NCBI GenBank assembly: GCA_022795155.1
Contig: JAAWGF010000003.1
Location: 13,775-77,774, forward strand
DNA: 64,000 nt
Origin: Bacilli bacterium
GTDB lineage: Bacteria; Bacillota_I; Bacilli_A; RF39; UBA660
Direction of reading: 5' to 3'
Part shown: piece by piece, positions 21,123 to 31,248 of the stretch
Numbering within the stretch: the first letter of the stretch is position 1
Layout of the letters: the number at the start of each line of letters is the position of its first letter
Notes under the pieces: generated by a model
Seen by the model: the letters and a program-made list of their open reading frames with translations, nothing else
Databases searched by the model: none
Told to the model about the DNA's origin: nothing
Translations under genes and position numbers: made by a program

Positions 21123-21893
21123 TTAATTTGGAATTGTTAATGGAATTGAACTATTTGTTAAACCTCCTAATAAATAATCTGGTACAATTCCTTGGACTAA
21201 TTTCATCGCAACAGGAATATCTGTTTCAACAGTAATTGTATCAGTTATAAATGGTAAAATTACTCTTGCTTCCACTTGAACGTTAATACTTACTTCGATT
21301 AAGGCATTATTTATACCATAATTGGTAACTTTGGTGTTGACATTACTAACAATATCTCCTACTAAACTTAATTTAACGGGAATTTTTGGTCCGATATTTG
21401 CAAGTAAAGAATTTTTGAAAATAACACCACTTGGAATTTCGTAGATAATTCCTTTAGATAATTTTTCCTCATCATAATCAATTAAAACATTATCAGGAAG
21501 TTCTAATAAATCTAATTTGCCTTCTTCTAAATATTTTAGATTCAACTGAATTGTATTGACTATTTTGTTTAAAGTTTTATTAACAACAATTGGATCAAAA
21601 TCGATTGTTCGAATTTCACCCGCCTCTGATCTTGTTATTATAAACATATCTTCAACATTTAAATCCTCGGCAATCTGTTTAGAAATAGCCCTATTAATAA
21701 TTAAATTTGAAAATTTTCGTACCTGACTAGAGGCATAGCCCATTAGAACAGGTACAACATTTTTATTAAGATAATTTATCGAAAAAAAAGTCATAGTTAA
21801 TATTAAAACTAGAATAATAATAATAGTATTACCTATTCCAAATTTTAATTTTTTTGCTTTTTTTAAATGAATTTTTCTTCGCATTTTCTTCAC
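21123..21893 (-). CDS. yunB: Sporulation protein YunB-like
   Basis: 256 aa; basic N-terminus plus a single TM; size and topology fit YunB, and a yutD-family gene lies nearby as in the Bacillus yut/yun locus. Confidence 0.5.
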   Translation of the reverse strand: MKKMRRKIHLKKAKKLKFGIGNTIIIILVLILTMTFFSINYLNKNVVPVLMGYASSQVRKFSNLIINRAISKQIAEDLNVEDMFIITRSEAGEIRTIDFDPIVVNKTLNKIVNTIQLNLKYLEEGKLDLLELPDNVLIDYDEEKLSKGIIYEIPSGVIFKNSLLANIGPKIPVKLSLVGDIVSNVNTKVTNYGINNALIEVSINVQVEARVILPFITDTITVETDIPVAMKLVQGIVPDYLLGGLTNSSIPLTIPN

Positions 21894-22036
21894 TTCCTAA
21901 TATAATTATATAAAAATATTAGGAAATAAGAATTGTATGTTATCATTCATTATTATTATACCAAAAATAATAACTAATAAACCAAATTTTTGCGAATATA
22001 TTTTGTAAAGTGTCAAATAATATAAAAGGTGATAAT

Positions 22037-22495
22037 ATGTATATAAAAGATATAATGTCCAAAAGTTTAGTCATCGGTAGCATAACTAATAATTTAACGG
22101 AAATTGCGACATTAATGAAAAAATACGATATTGGCTTTTTACCAATTAGTGATCAAAAAAAGATTATTGGTGTTATAACCGACCGTGATATAATAGTGAA
22201 CGCTTTAAGTAATAATTGTAGTCAAAATGATATTGTTGATAAATATATTGTAAGAAATATTATTTCCATCAATCAAGATGAGAAAATAGAAAACGCGATT
22301 AAATTAATGGGCGAAAAAAAAGTTAGGAGATTAATTGTCACAAATAATAATAAAATATCAGGAATCTTGTCTTTAGCCGATATTTTACCTATAAAAGACT
22401 ATACAGATTTAATTAATGATAATTTACAGAGAATATTTGAAATTAATCGTAATGATGATTTATTTAAAACGGAAATTGATGAATTTTACTTATAA
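22037..22495 (+). CDS. CBS-domain pair protein
   Basis: Two CBS motifs (IKDIMSKSLVIGS...GFLPI and IVRNIISINQDEK...RRLIV). Start likely at the second ATG (MYIKDIM). Confidence 0.75.
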   Translation: MYIKDIMSKSLVIGSITNNLTEIATLMKKYDIGFLPISDQKKIIGVITDRDIIVNALSNNCSQNDIVDKYIVRNIISINQDEKIENAIKLMGEKKVRRLIVTNNNKISGILSLADILPIKDYTDLINDNLQRIFEINRNDDLFKTEIDEFYL

Positions 22496-22534
22496 AAAAA
22501 ATATGAAAAATATTTTGATATAATTTCATATTTT

Positions 22535-23689
22535 TTATTTTTTTAAAGTTACTAATATATTTTTTAAATTACGATAAATATTAAAAGCCACATAATAAAT
22601 AGAATAAAATAATCGATTGACGACAAAATCAAATTCACCAATATATTCAATAACATTACCACCAAATCCTCTTTTAAATTCATAAACACCATAATCTTTA
22701 GAACCCAAAACAAAATTACCACTAATTCCCCCAAAATCATAAAAAGGCAATTTTTTATCTTTGGCATATTTAATCATATCAAATTGAAGTTTATATTGAG
22801 CCATCAAAGGCATATATTCTTTATAAGTACCACCATAAACATAATGCATATAATATTTATCATAAATGAATACTCCAGCTGATAGAGGAATTAACTTTTC
22901 GTTTCGATTTTTTATCTTATTATATAATTTATCTTCCTTGAAATCAGACAAATACTTTTCTTTATCCAAATAGACGATTAATAATACTGCTGTATCATTA
23001 AATGTTTCTTTTATTTTTTGATAATACTCAATTGTTCGATCAAAACAATTATGTCTTTTACAAGTATGTTCCATAATTTTTTTAAATTCTTCAATGTTTT
23101 GTCTATTTACTTCTTTGGTTATTAAAGGATAATTTTGAGCCTTCTTTAAGGATCGGCGACATCTTTTATCCATATCAACTATAATATCATCTAGTGATTT
23201 ATCAATTTTTAAATAAAACGACCAACGATATTGGATTTCCTTAGTATAACCTACTGTAAAACCATTATGATGATAACCTAAATTTTTCAAGAAATTAACT
23301 AAATTACTTTTATTTTGTGAAGAAATTATTCTTCCATCTTTATTTCTCTTACAATACTCAATAAAAGGATCGATTTTTAAAACAATGCCACCATATTTTT
23401 TTATATATTTTTTTATCTCTTTTGTAAAAAATTCTAATATTTCGTAATTATTATAAGTTGTTAAAAATCCCCTTGGTGCATAAAAAATGCTTTTTTTCAA
23501 AAAAAGACATTTTGAAATTAGCAAAGCCAAACAAATAACCGAATTATCTTTCATAACTCCAACATAATGACTTTTCCAACCTGTTATGTTTTTTAAATCC
23601 CCCCAAGCGGTAGTTTGACAATAATTGCTATTAGAAAAATTATCTTGTAACCGCTGAAATTGTTTTTTATTTAATTCAATAAACTCCAT
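22535..23689 (-). CDS. FemAB-family aminoacyltransferase (peptidoglycan interpeptide bridge formation)
   Basis: 384 aa; N-terminal FQRLQDNFSNSNYCQTTAWGDLKNITGWK resembles the FemX/FemA N-terminus (QS..W...K...W); GNAT-like duplication and length fit. Confidence 0.7.
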   Translation of the reverse strand: MEFIELNKKQFQRLQDNFSNSNYCQTTAWGDLKNITGWKSHYVGVMKDNSVICLALLISKCLFLKKSIFYAPRGFLTTYNNYEILEFFTKEIKKYIKKYGGIVLKIDPFIEYCKRNKDGRIISSQNKSNLVNFLKNLGYHHNGFTVGYTKEIQYRWSFYLKIDKSLDDIIVDMDKRCRRSLKKAQNYPLITKEVNRQNIEEFKKIMEHTCKRHNCFDRTIEYYQKIKETFNDTAVLLIVYLDKEKYLSDFKEDKLYNKIKNRNEKLIPLSAGVFIYDKYYMHYVYGGTYKEYMPLMAQYKLQFDMIKYAKDKKLPFYDFGGISGNFVLGSKDYGVYEFKRGFGGNVIEYIGEFDFVVNRLFYSIYYVAFNIYRNLKNILVTLKK

Positions 23690-23778
23690 TTTATCAACTC
23701 ACTTCTTAATATTTTCTATATTAAGAATAAGCGATGTTTGTATCAAAAAAAGATAATTATTGTATCATTTTTGCAAAT

Positions 23779-24534
23779 TTAATAATCGAACTCATTTTTA
23801 TCATACTTAACCTCACTATAAATATCCTTACTATGAACTGATAAAAATAAGACATCGCAGCCTTCATAACACGAATCAAAATTAGCAATTACATTATAAA
23901 CGACATTTTGATCTACATTTAAATATTTTCGAAAATCATTTTCAAGATTTTCAAACAGTGGCTTAATATCAAAAGGATAATATTTAGTACCTGCATTAGT
24001 AATATTTAGATGAAAAATAGTATTATCATAAGCATCCATAACTACATATACACTAAAAACATCATTAGAATAAATAACGTTTTTTAAAGTTAGACCATGA
24101 TAATCATCAGAATTTAAATAATTTTTAGAGATATCAAAATTTTGTAAATATCCATAATCAAACATAAAGTTTTCTTCATAAATATTTGCAAGTAAAGGAT
24201 TTATTTTTTCTAATTCAGCTTTAATACTATTTATATTATGTTCATAATTTTCCCGTGTTGGAACTTCTAACATTTGCATATTATTATAATTACCAGAAAA
24301 TAAAATCTCAAATTTTTCATCATTAGTTAAATTATAATTGTCGTAGATATTTTCTAAATTAAGACTTTTTTTACTAATACTATTAAGCATTTTTTTATCA
24401 TGCAAGTAAAAATATGCCTTTGGAAAATTAATGATAAAAAAAGAAATTACTAAAAAGATAAAAAACGCCAATATATATTTGAGTTTAGTTATCATGTGAT
24501 ACCTCCACTGAGAAAGATATTTTAGTTCCAACAT
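23779..24534 (-). CDS. Hypothetical membrane-anchored protein downstream of the two-component system
   Basis: 251 aa; N-terminal TM helix; no recognisable domain. Confidence 0.35.
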   Translation of the reverse strand: MLELKYLSQWRYHMITKLKYILAFFIFLVISFFIINFPKAYFYLHDKKMLNSISKKSLNLENIYDNYNLTNDEKFEILFSGNYNNMQMLEVPTRENYEHNINSIKAELEKINPLLANIYEENFMFDYGYLQNFDISKNYLNSDDYHGLTLKNVIYSNDVFSVYVVMDAYDNTIFHLNITNAGTKYYPFDIKPLFENLENDFRKYLNVDQNVVYNVIANFDSCYEGCDVLFLSVHSKDIYSEVKYDKNEFDY

Positions 24535-25885
24535 TTATTTTACTCGTAATTAAAAGCTCACTTTTATGTAAAGCAGCAATCTCCTTGCATAAGGCTAATC
24601 CTAACCCTGCACCACCCTGTTTTCTAGCTCGAGATTTATCGACCATGTAAAATGGTTCTGTTACTTTTTTTAAATGTTCTTCATCAATACCTTTTCCAAA
24701 ATCTTGAACAGAAATAGTATATAAATAGTCTTTTTTTATACCACTAATAATTATTTTATTATTCTCATCCGAGGCTTTACAAGCATTATCAACTAAGTTA
24801 TATAAAAGAGATTTTAATAAAATGGGTTCGATAGAAATTGTGACTTCCTCAATATTTAATTCCAATTTAATATTATATTTTTTTAAAAGGATAGCTAAAG
24901 TTTGGGTTAGTTCTCTAAATAATTGTTTAGAATTATATTCTTTAAAAGGAAATTCATCTTGTTTTAAAATAATTAAGTTAAGTAAATGAAAAGATAAATC
25001 TTCTAATCGTTTTCCTTCTTTAAAAATATAATTAGCTAATTCATATCTTTTTTTAGGTTCAATATCATAAGTACGTAAAATATCTGCATAGCCAATTATA
25101 GAAGTTAAAGGTGTTTTTAATTCATGAGTAAATCTTGATATAAAATCCTCTTGTCGTTCATTATAATCTTCTAATTTCTTTATATAATTTTCAATTTTAT
25201 CAGTCATATGATTAAAATCGGTTGCTAAAGCGACCAATTCTGGAGATTTCATTGTCTTTAGAGAATTATCATTTCGAATATCAAGATTACCTTTGGCAAT
25301 TTGATTAGTTGTTTGCTGTAATTTTTTTAAAGGGTTTGTAATATAAATCGAGAAAAAAGCTATTATGCTAGAACTAATTAAAGAACCGACAATTAAAAAT
25401 AAGCAATATAATTTATAATTTTGATTTCTAATTTCATAAATATCCGTTATATTAACTAGATTCTCTAAATAAGCAGCTCTATCATTAATATTCAATTTTG
25501 TAACGACTTGAAAAAAATATTGTTCATCCTTTTTAAGTATCTGACTACCTTGTTCACTATAATTTAATTCATCAACAAAACTATTATTATCAATAAACTT
25601 AAGATTAGATCTTTCGCCAATAAATACTTCACCATTATTACTAATATTTTGAAATTGTTTTAAAATATAATCTGTCATATTGAATTCATATTCATACTCA
25701 TTCATACCATTTAAAGAAATACTGTAGTATATCATTGTTAGCATTTTATTACTATTGATAGTGCTATCTTTTTTTATTAATAATTCATTATTAAAATTAG
25801 AGTTAATAATTAAAAATCCCCCAATACCTAATAAACTAATAACAAGAAAAAAGGATATAATAAATATTTTAAAACTGAATTTCAT
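24485..25885 (-). CDS. Sensor histidine kinase (two TM helices, HAMP, HisKA, HATPase_c)
   Basis: H-box FTHELKTPLTSIIGYADIL; C-terminal G-boxes (GLGLALCKEIAALH); overlaps the response-regulator stop. Confidence 0.9.
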   Translation of the reverse strand: MKFSFKIFIISFFLVISLLGIGGFLIINSNFNNELLIKKDSTINSNKMLTMIYYSISLNGMNEYEYEFNMTDYILKQFQNISNNGEVFIGERSNLKFIDNNSFVDELNYSEQGSQILKKDEQYFFQVVTKLNINDRAAYLENLVNITDIYEIRNQNYKLYCLFLIVGSLISSSIIAFFSIYITNPLKKLQQTTNQIAKGNLDIRNDNSLKTMKSPELVALATDFNHMTDKIENYIKKLEDYNERQEDFISRFTHELKTPLTSIIGYADILRTYDIEPKKRYELANYIFKEGKRLEDLSFHLLNLIILKQDEFPFKEYNSKQLFRELTQTLAILLKKYNIKLELNIEEVTISIEPILLKSLLYNLVDNACKASDENNKIIISGIKKDYLYTISVQDFGKGIDEEHLKKVTEPFYMVDKSRARKQGGAGLGLALCKEIAALHKSELLITSKINVGTKISFSVEVSHDN

Positions 25886-26556
25886 TCTAAAGCCTCAAAA
25901 CGATAGCCAATTTTATAGACCGTTTTTATTTCCTTTTCTAAATTCAATTTTTTTCGAATACGCTGAATATGTAAATCAACAGTTCTAGTATCACCAAAAA
26001 ATTCATCACCCCAAATTCGTTCATAAATGACTTCACGATACAAGGCAACATTTCTATTATGTAAAAATAATAACAGTAAATCAAATTCTTTTTTAGTTAA
26101 ATCGATAATTTCGCCATCTTTTTTTACAAAATGCGATGTAACATCTATTTCAATATTTTTATAAATTATTTTGTTACTAGTTTTATTATTTCTTCTAAGC
26201 ACAACTTCGACTCTAGCTAATAATTCTTGTATATCAAAAGGCTTCGTGATATAATCGTCAGCCCCTAATTTTAAACCTTTAACTTTATTATCAACATTAG
26301 AAACAGCCGTAATAAAGATAACAGGTATTTTTAATTCTTTAATATAGTTCATAATTTCAAAACCATCTATTTTGGGCAACATTATATCTAAAAGAATTAA
26401 ATCATATTTATTTTGATTTATTTTATCTAAAGCCATTTCCCCGTCATAAGTAGTATGGCAATTATAACCAGCTTGTGTCAAACTTATTTTAAGTAAATTA
26501 GAAATAGCCTCTTCATCCTCAACTATCAAAATATCAATCATAAAAGGTTCCTCCAT
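25882..26556 (-). CDS. OmpR-family response regulator
   Basis: Receiver domain (DILIVEDEE, LILLDIMLPKIDG) plus winged-helix trans_reg_C (VDLHIQRIRKKL). Confidence 0.9.
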   Translation of the reverse strand: MEEPFMIDILIVEDEEAISNLLKISLTQAGYNCHTTYDGEMALDKINQNKYDLILLDIMLPKIDGFEIMNYIKELKIPVIFITAVSNVDNKVKGLKLGADDYITKPFDIQELLARVEVVLRRNNKTSNKIIYKNIEIDVTSHFVKKDGEIIDLTKKEFDLLLLFLHNRNVALYREVIYERIWGDEFFGDTRTVDLHIQRIRKKLNLEKEIKTVYKIGYRFEALE

Positions 26557-27207
26557 ATTATTAATAACAAAAATTTGTATCGTAATTGTATAATAAAACT
26601 TTTAAATCAATTTTATTTTAACATAGAAACACTTTATTTGCTAATAATCAACATAAATTTGTTAAAGAAAATAGTTGGAATTTTACAATTTATAATATTA
26701 TTTTAACAATTAGAACAAAACTCAAAAATGTAGAATAAATTTTTAAGTGTCCACTTAAGAGTTTCTGTTTCAAAGATTCGTTACCTACCTAATTCACAGA
26801 CTTAAATTCTGATAGTTGCTACCATACTTAATTTTAATTTATTACTTTTTATTTTATCTTTTAGATTTGCTCATCTATATTATAACTTCTTTCATATATC
26901 TTTTATATATTAAACATAACATTTTCACTAACATTGTAATCTCTATCTAGATAACGCTCACAATTTGGATATTCATAATTTCTTATATTTAAGTTTTTAA
27001 TTATTTCATTTTTACAACCACATTTTGAGCATATTTAACCGCTTGGATTATATATATTTTATACATTATTTTTCCTTTTAATTTCGTTTTATATTCTAAT
27101 TGTCTTAGTATTTCAGATAGAAATGTATTGGAAAGTGATTTAGTTAGTTTGTGATTTTTATAAGCGATTGATATTAGATTTGTTTTTTTTAGGGATCTTT
27201 CCTAGTA

Positions 27208-27244
27208 GATTAAAAAAATTGTAAGAATTTCTCACAATTTTTAT
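27208..27244 (-). terminator. Rho-independent terminator downstream of glyQS
   Basis: Minus strand AAATTGTGAGA-AAT-TCTTACAATTT followed by a T-run, immediately after the glyQS stop. Confidence 0.6.
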
Positions 27245-28615
27245 TTAAAATTTTATCTTCTCACCAATATAATTAATAACTTCATCAATATTCAAAATAA
27301 TTTGCTCCATAGTATTCCTATCTCTCAAAGTAACAGTATTATTATTTATGGTGTCATCATCAATAGTTAGACAATATGGTGTACCACTAACATCTTGTCT
27401 ACGATAACGTTTACCAATATTTCCTGATTCATCATAGGTAGTCATGAAATGCTTCGTTAGCATTTGGTATATTTCTAAAGCTTTTTCTCCATGATGTTTT
27501 TTAATAAGTGGCAAAATTGCAACTTTATATGGAGCTAAAGCGGGAATAAATTTCATAACCTCTCTCGTTGTCCCATCAGGTAATGTTTCTTCCATATATG
27601 ATTCACTTAAAATTGCTAAGGTTAAACGATCACAACCAACTGATGATTCAACAACGTAAGGAATATACTTCTCATTTGTTTCAGAATCAAGATATTCCAT
27701 TGATTTTTTTGAATATTCTTGATGCCTCGATAAATCATAATTAGTTCGATTATGCGTTCCCCATAATTCCCCCCATGAAAAAGGAAAATTATACTCGATA
27801 TCACAGGCTTCTTTAGCATAATGGGCTAACTTTTCATGGTCTTTAAAGCGAATATGTTCTTCTGTTATACCTAAATCAATTAAAAATTGATGAGCATATT
27901 TTTTATAAAATTGATAAAATTCACTATCAGTTCCATCTTTACAAAATAATTGATGCTCCATTTGTTCAAATTCAATTGTTCTAAATGTAAAGTTGCCTGG
28001 TGTTATTTCATTTCTAAATGCTTTACCAATTTGCCCAATTCCAAATGGTATTTTAGCCCGCATTGTTCTTTGAACATTTAAAAAATTAACAAATTCTCCT
28101 TGGGCTGTTTCGGGACGCAAATAAACTAAATTTGTCGCATCTTTAACAACACCACGATTAGTTTCAAACATCAAATTAAATTCACGTATATCAGTATAAT
28201 CTACTTTACCACATTTAGGGCAAGGTATTTTATGCTTGTTAATATACTCTAGCATTTCAGAATCAGTTAAAGTATCAGGATTTATTTCGTCAGTAAATCC
28301 TTCAATCAACTTATCAGCTCGATGTCTTGTCTTACAATTTTTGCAATCTAAAAGTGGGTCAGTAAAACTACCAACATGGCCACTTGCTTCCCAGACGCGC
28401 GAATTCATTAAAATAGCTGCATCAATTCCAAAGCTATTTTTATTTTCTTGAACAAAGCGTTTCCACCAACATTTTTTGATATTGTTTTTTAGTTCTACAC
28501 CTAATGGTCCATAATCCCAAGTATTTGCTAAACCATCATAAATTTCACTACCTTGAAATACAAATCCATATTGTTTACATACATTAGCCAATTTTTCCAT
28601 TGTTAACTTTTCCAT
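27245..28615 (-). CDS. glyQS: Glycyl-tRNA synthetase, single-chain (alpha2) type
   Basis: 456 aa; N-terminus YGFVFQGSEIYDGLANTWDYGPLGVELKNNIKK matches the Gram-positive single-chain GlyRS; class II motifs. Confidence 0.95.
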   Translation of the reverse strand: MEKLTMEKLANVCKQYGFVFQGSEIYDGLANTWDYGPLGVELKNNIKKCWWKRFVQENKNSFGIDAAILMNSRVWEASGHVGSFTDPLLDCKNCKTRHRADKLIEGFTDEINPDTLTDSEMLEYINKHKIPCPKCGKVDYTDIREFNLMFETNRGVVKDATNLVYLRPETAQGEFVNFLNVQRTMRAKIPFGIGQIGKAFRNEITPGNFTFRTIEFEQMEHQLFCKDGTDSEFYQFYKKYAHQFLIDLGITEEHIRFKDHEKLAHYAKEACDIEYNFPFSWGELWGTHNRTNYDLSRHQEYSKKSMEYLDSETNEKYIPYVVESSVGCDRLTLAILSESYMEETLPDGTTREVMKFIPALAPYKVAILPLIKKHHGEKALEIYQMLTKHFMTTYDESGNIGKRYRRQDVSGTPYCLTIDDDTINNNTVTLRDRNTMEQIILNIDEVINYIGEKIKF

Positions 28616-28790
28616 TATTTTTTCCTCCTTAAATTTAAAAAAACTCCTAGAAAAACATAAGGACTCAAGATATGAGCGGTTCCACCTTATTTATTCTAGA
28701 AGAATCAACTTTAAAATATATTGCTCCGAGTTTCCAACCTCATCATCACATTTCAATAAAAACATTCTAAATAAAGTATACCATATTTTT
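28616..28790 (-). promoter_or_regulatory. T-box riboswitch leader, glycine-specific (UGGA bulge)
   Basis: Minus strand AATAAGGTGGAACCGCTC (plus 28674..28692) fits the T-box consensus. The UGGA bulge matches discriminator U of tRNA-Gly, as in the glyQS T-box. Antiterminator: AUAAGG/[UGGAACC]/GCUC-AUAUCUU-GAGU/CCUUAU. Candidate promoter TTGACT(28802..28797)-16 nt-TATACT(28780..28775). U-run GAGTTTTTTTAAATTT before the RBS AAGGAGG. Stem I and the specifier (GGA or GGU) are not confidently resolved. Confidence 0.7.
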
Positions 28791-28802
28791 TTTAATAGTC
28801 AA

Positions 28803-29519
28803 TCAATTATTAAATATAAAAACAAAACGGTCTCTTAACTGTAAATCTTTTTCAATTGTTACTTTGCCATTTGGAAAATACTTTAAAGCAATATTTTTAA
28901 TCTGTTCGCCTTGACTCTCCCCAATTTCAAAGGCAATTAAATTTTTTTCATTTAAATAATTAATAGCTTTTTTTAATATTTCCTCATAAAAGTATAGTCC
29001 ATTTTTTTTAGCATATAAGGCATTATTTGGTTCGTTATTTTTAACAATATCCATTATTTCCTCATCATAAGCTATATATGGAGGATTGCTTATTAAGCAA
29101 TCATACTTATCATTAATATTGTCAAATATATCACTTTGAATGAAATTTACTTCTAAGTTGTTTTTTTGGGCGTTTTCTTTGGCTACCTCTAAAGCTTTAA
29201 TAGATATATCTGAGGCATCCACAATACAATTTTTTAACTTTTTCTTTAAAGTTAAAGCAATGCACCCACTACCAGTCCCCATATCCAAGATTTTAATAGA
29301 AGATGAAAAATATTTATTAATATAATCAAGTGTTTTTTCAACTAATTCTTCAGTTTCAAAACGTGGTATTAAAACATTTTTATTAACATTCAAATTCAAG
29401 TCAAAAAAATCAACATTGCCAATAATATATTGAACCGGTTCGCCATTTTTTAATCTTTCTAAACCCACTTCTAATTTACTAGGTTCCAAATATTTTTCTA
29501 AATATTCACGAGTTTTCAT
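28803..29519 (-). CDS. prmC: Release factor glutamine N5-methyltransferase PrmC/HemK
   Basis: 238 aa; SAM-binding LDMGTGSGCIA; catalytic NPPY (ISNPPYI); downstream of prfA. Confidence 0.9.
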   Translation of the reverse strand: MKTREYLEKYLEPSKLEVGLERLKNGEPVQYIIGNVDFFDLNLNVNKNVLIPRFETEELVEKTLDYINKYFSSSIKILDMGTGSGCIALTLKKKLKNCIVDASDISIKALEVAKENAQKNNLEVNFIQSDIFDNINDKYDCLISNPPYIAYDEEIMDIVKNNEPNNALYAKKNGLYFYEEILKKAINYLNEKNLIAFEIGESQGEQIKNIALKYFPNGKVTIEKDLQLRDRFVFIFNN

Positions 29520-29523
29520 ATTA

Positions 29524-30582
29524 TTAAATATCGCCTTTTAATTTACGAATCTGATCCTCATGGATTAAGGCTTCAATAATTTCTCCTAAATCACCATCCA
29601 TAACTCTATCTAGTTGTTTTAAGGTAAAACCAATGCGGTGATCTGTAACACGATTTTGGGGATAATTATAAGTACGAATTTTTTCACTACGATCTCCAGT
29701 TCCAATTTTACTTCTTCGCTCAACTCCAAGCTCTTGCTCTCTTTCTTGATTTTTTAGATCATAGAGTCTTGTTTGTAAAATTTTGATAGCTTTTTCTTTA
29801 TTTTTTATTTGTGATCGCTCAGTTTGTGAATATACAACAAGGCCAGTTGGAATATGGGTTAATCTAACTGCTGAATCTGTTGTATTAACACCCTGACCAC
29901 CACAGCCACTACTTCTTGTAATATCGATGCGTACCTCATTCATATCAAGCGTAAAATCGACTTCTTCTGCTTCTGGCATAACCAAAACAGTAGCAGTTGA
30001 AGTATGAACCCTACCTTGTGTTTCTGTTGATGGTACTCTTTGTACTCGATGTGCACCACTTTCATATTTAAGTTTTGAATAAACGCTTTCTCCTTTTACC
30101 ATAAAACTAATTAGCGCATAACCACCAGCCTCAGAGTGCTCTTCTTCAATAATATCAATCTTCCAGTTTTCATTTTCAGCATATTTTTTATACATTTCGA
30201 ATAAGTCGCCAGCAAAGATATTGCCTTCATCACCACCAGCAGCCCCCCTAATTTCAACAATAACATTTTTTAAATCGTTAGGATCTTTTGGCAATAATAA
30301 AATTTCAAAATTGCTTTCTAAGTTTTGTTTTTTAGTCTCCAAATTAGTTAATTCTTCTTTGGCAAATTCGCTCATTTCTTCATCTTTTAGCATTTCTTTA
30401 GCTGCATCAATATCCTCTAATATTTTTTTATATTCTTGATAAGTTTCATAGGCTTCTTTAATTGAAGCTTGTTCTTTACTAAGTTCTGTCATTTTTTTTA
30501 TATCAGTGATATTAGTTGGGTCTAGAAGTTCTGTAGATATTTGATTATATCGTTGTTCAATGGAATCTAGTCTTTCAATCAT
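29524..30582 (-). CDS. prfA: Peptide chain release factor 1
   Basis: 352 aa; GGQ motif (SSGCGGQGVNTTDSAVRLTHIPTG); RF1-type tripeptide region RVQRVPSTETQGRVHTS. Confidence 0.95.
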   Translation of the reverse strand: MIERLDSIEQRYNQISTELLDPTNITDIKKMTELSKEQASIKEAYETYQEYKKILEDIDAAKEMLKDEEMSEFAKEELTNLETKKQNLESNFEILLLPKDPNDLKNVIVEIRGAAGGDEGNIFAGDLFEMYKKYAENENWKIDIIEEEHSEAGGYALISFMVKGESVYSKLKYESGAHRVQRVPSTETQGRVHTSTATVLVMPEAEEVDFTLDMNEVRIDITRSSGCGGQGVNTTDSAVRLTHIPTGLVVYSQTERSQIKNKEKAIKILQTRLYDLKNQEREQELGVERRSKIGTGDRSEKIRTYNYPQNRVTDHRIGFTLKQLDRVMDGDLGEIIEALIHEDQIRKLKGDI

Positions 30583-30692
30583 AAATAAGTTCCTTTCTAG
30601 TAAAGATTTGACCTTTCTATTATACTATAAAAATTTAATTTAGGCAAACTGTCAACACATATAATCGATTAATTAGTCTATACTAATAATAG

Positions 30693-31235
30693 GTGAATTA
30701 TATGAATTTAAAAAAATTAAAAATAATTAGTGTATTTGGTTGCTTTTTGCTAGCCTTTTTAACACATTTTTTATACGATTGGTTCCCAAATATTATGTTT
30801 TCAATTTTTTTCCCAGTTAATGAAAGTATTTGGGAACATATGAAGATGTTATATTCTACTATATTATTATATGAATTTATTGAATATATTATTTTAAAAG
30901 TTAAAAATATTAAAATAAATAATTTTTTGCTCGCTAGTTTTACATCAGCAATTTTGAGTATTCCTATATATTTAATTATGTTTTTACCTATTTTTTACAA
31001 AATTGGAGAAAATATGATTATAACACTGACTATTATGCTTATTACCATTATTATTGTCCAAATTATTAATTATAAGCTTATAAATTATAAAGAGTTGCAC
31101 TTAAATATATTAACTATTATTTGTATAATTATTACTTATATAGGTATAGGAGTTTTAACTTATTATCCACCAGAGACTGATTTATTTTTTGATTCTAAAA
31201 ATGAAAAATATGGTGTTAATAAATATGTAATTTAA
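30693..31235 (+). CDS. Hypothetical small polytopic membrane protein
   Basis: 180 aa; 4 to 5 hydrophobic helices. Confidence 0.4.
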   Translation: MNYMNLKKLKIISVFGCFLLAFLTHFLYDWFPNIMFSIFFPVNESIWEHMKMLYSTILLYEFIEYIILKVKNIKINNFLLASFTSAILSIPIYLIMFLPIFYKIGENMIITLTIMLITIIIVQIINYKLINYKELHLNILTIICIIITYIGIGVLTYYPPETDLFFDSKNEKYGVNKYVI

Positions 31236-31248
31236 AAATGTATATAAC

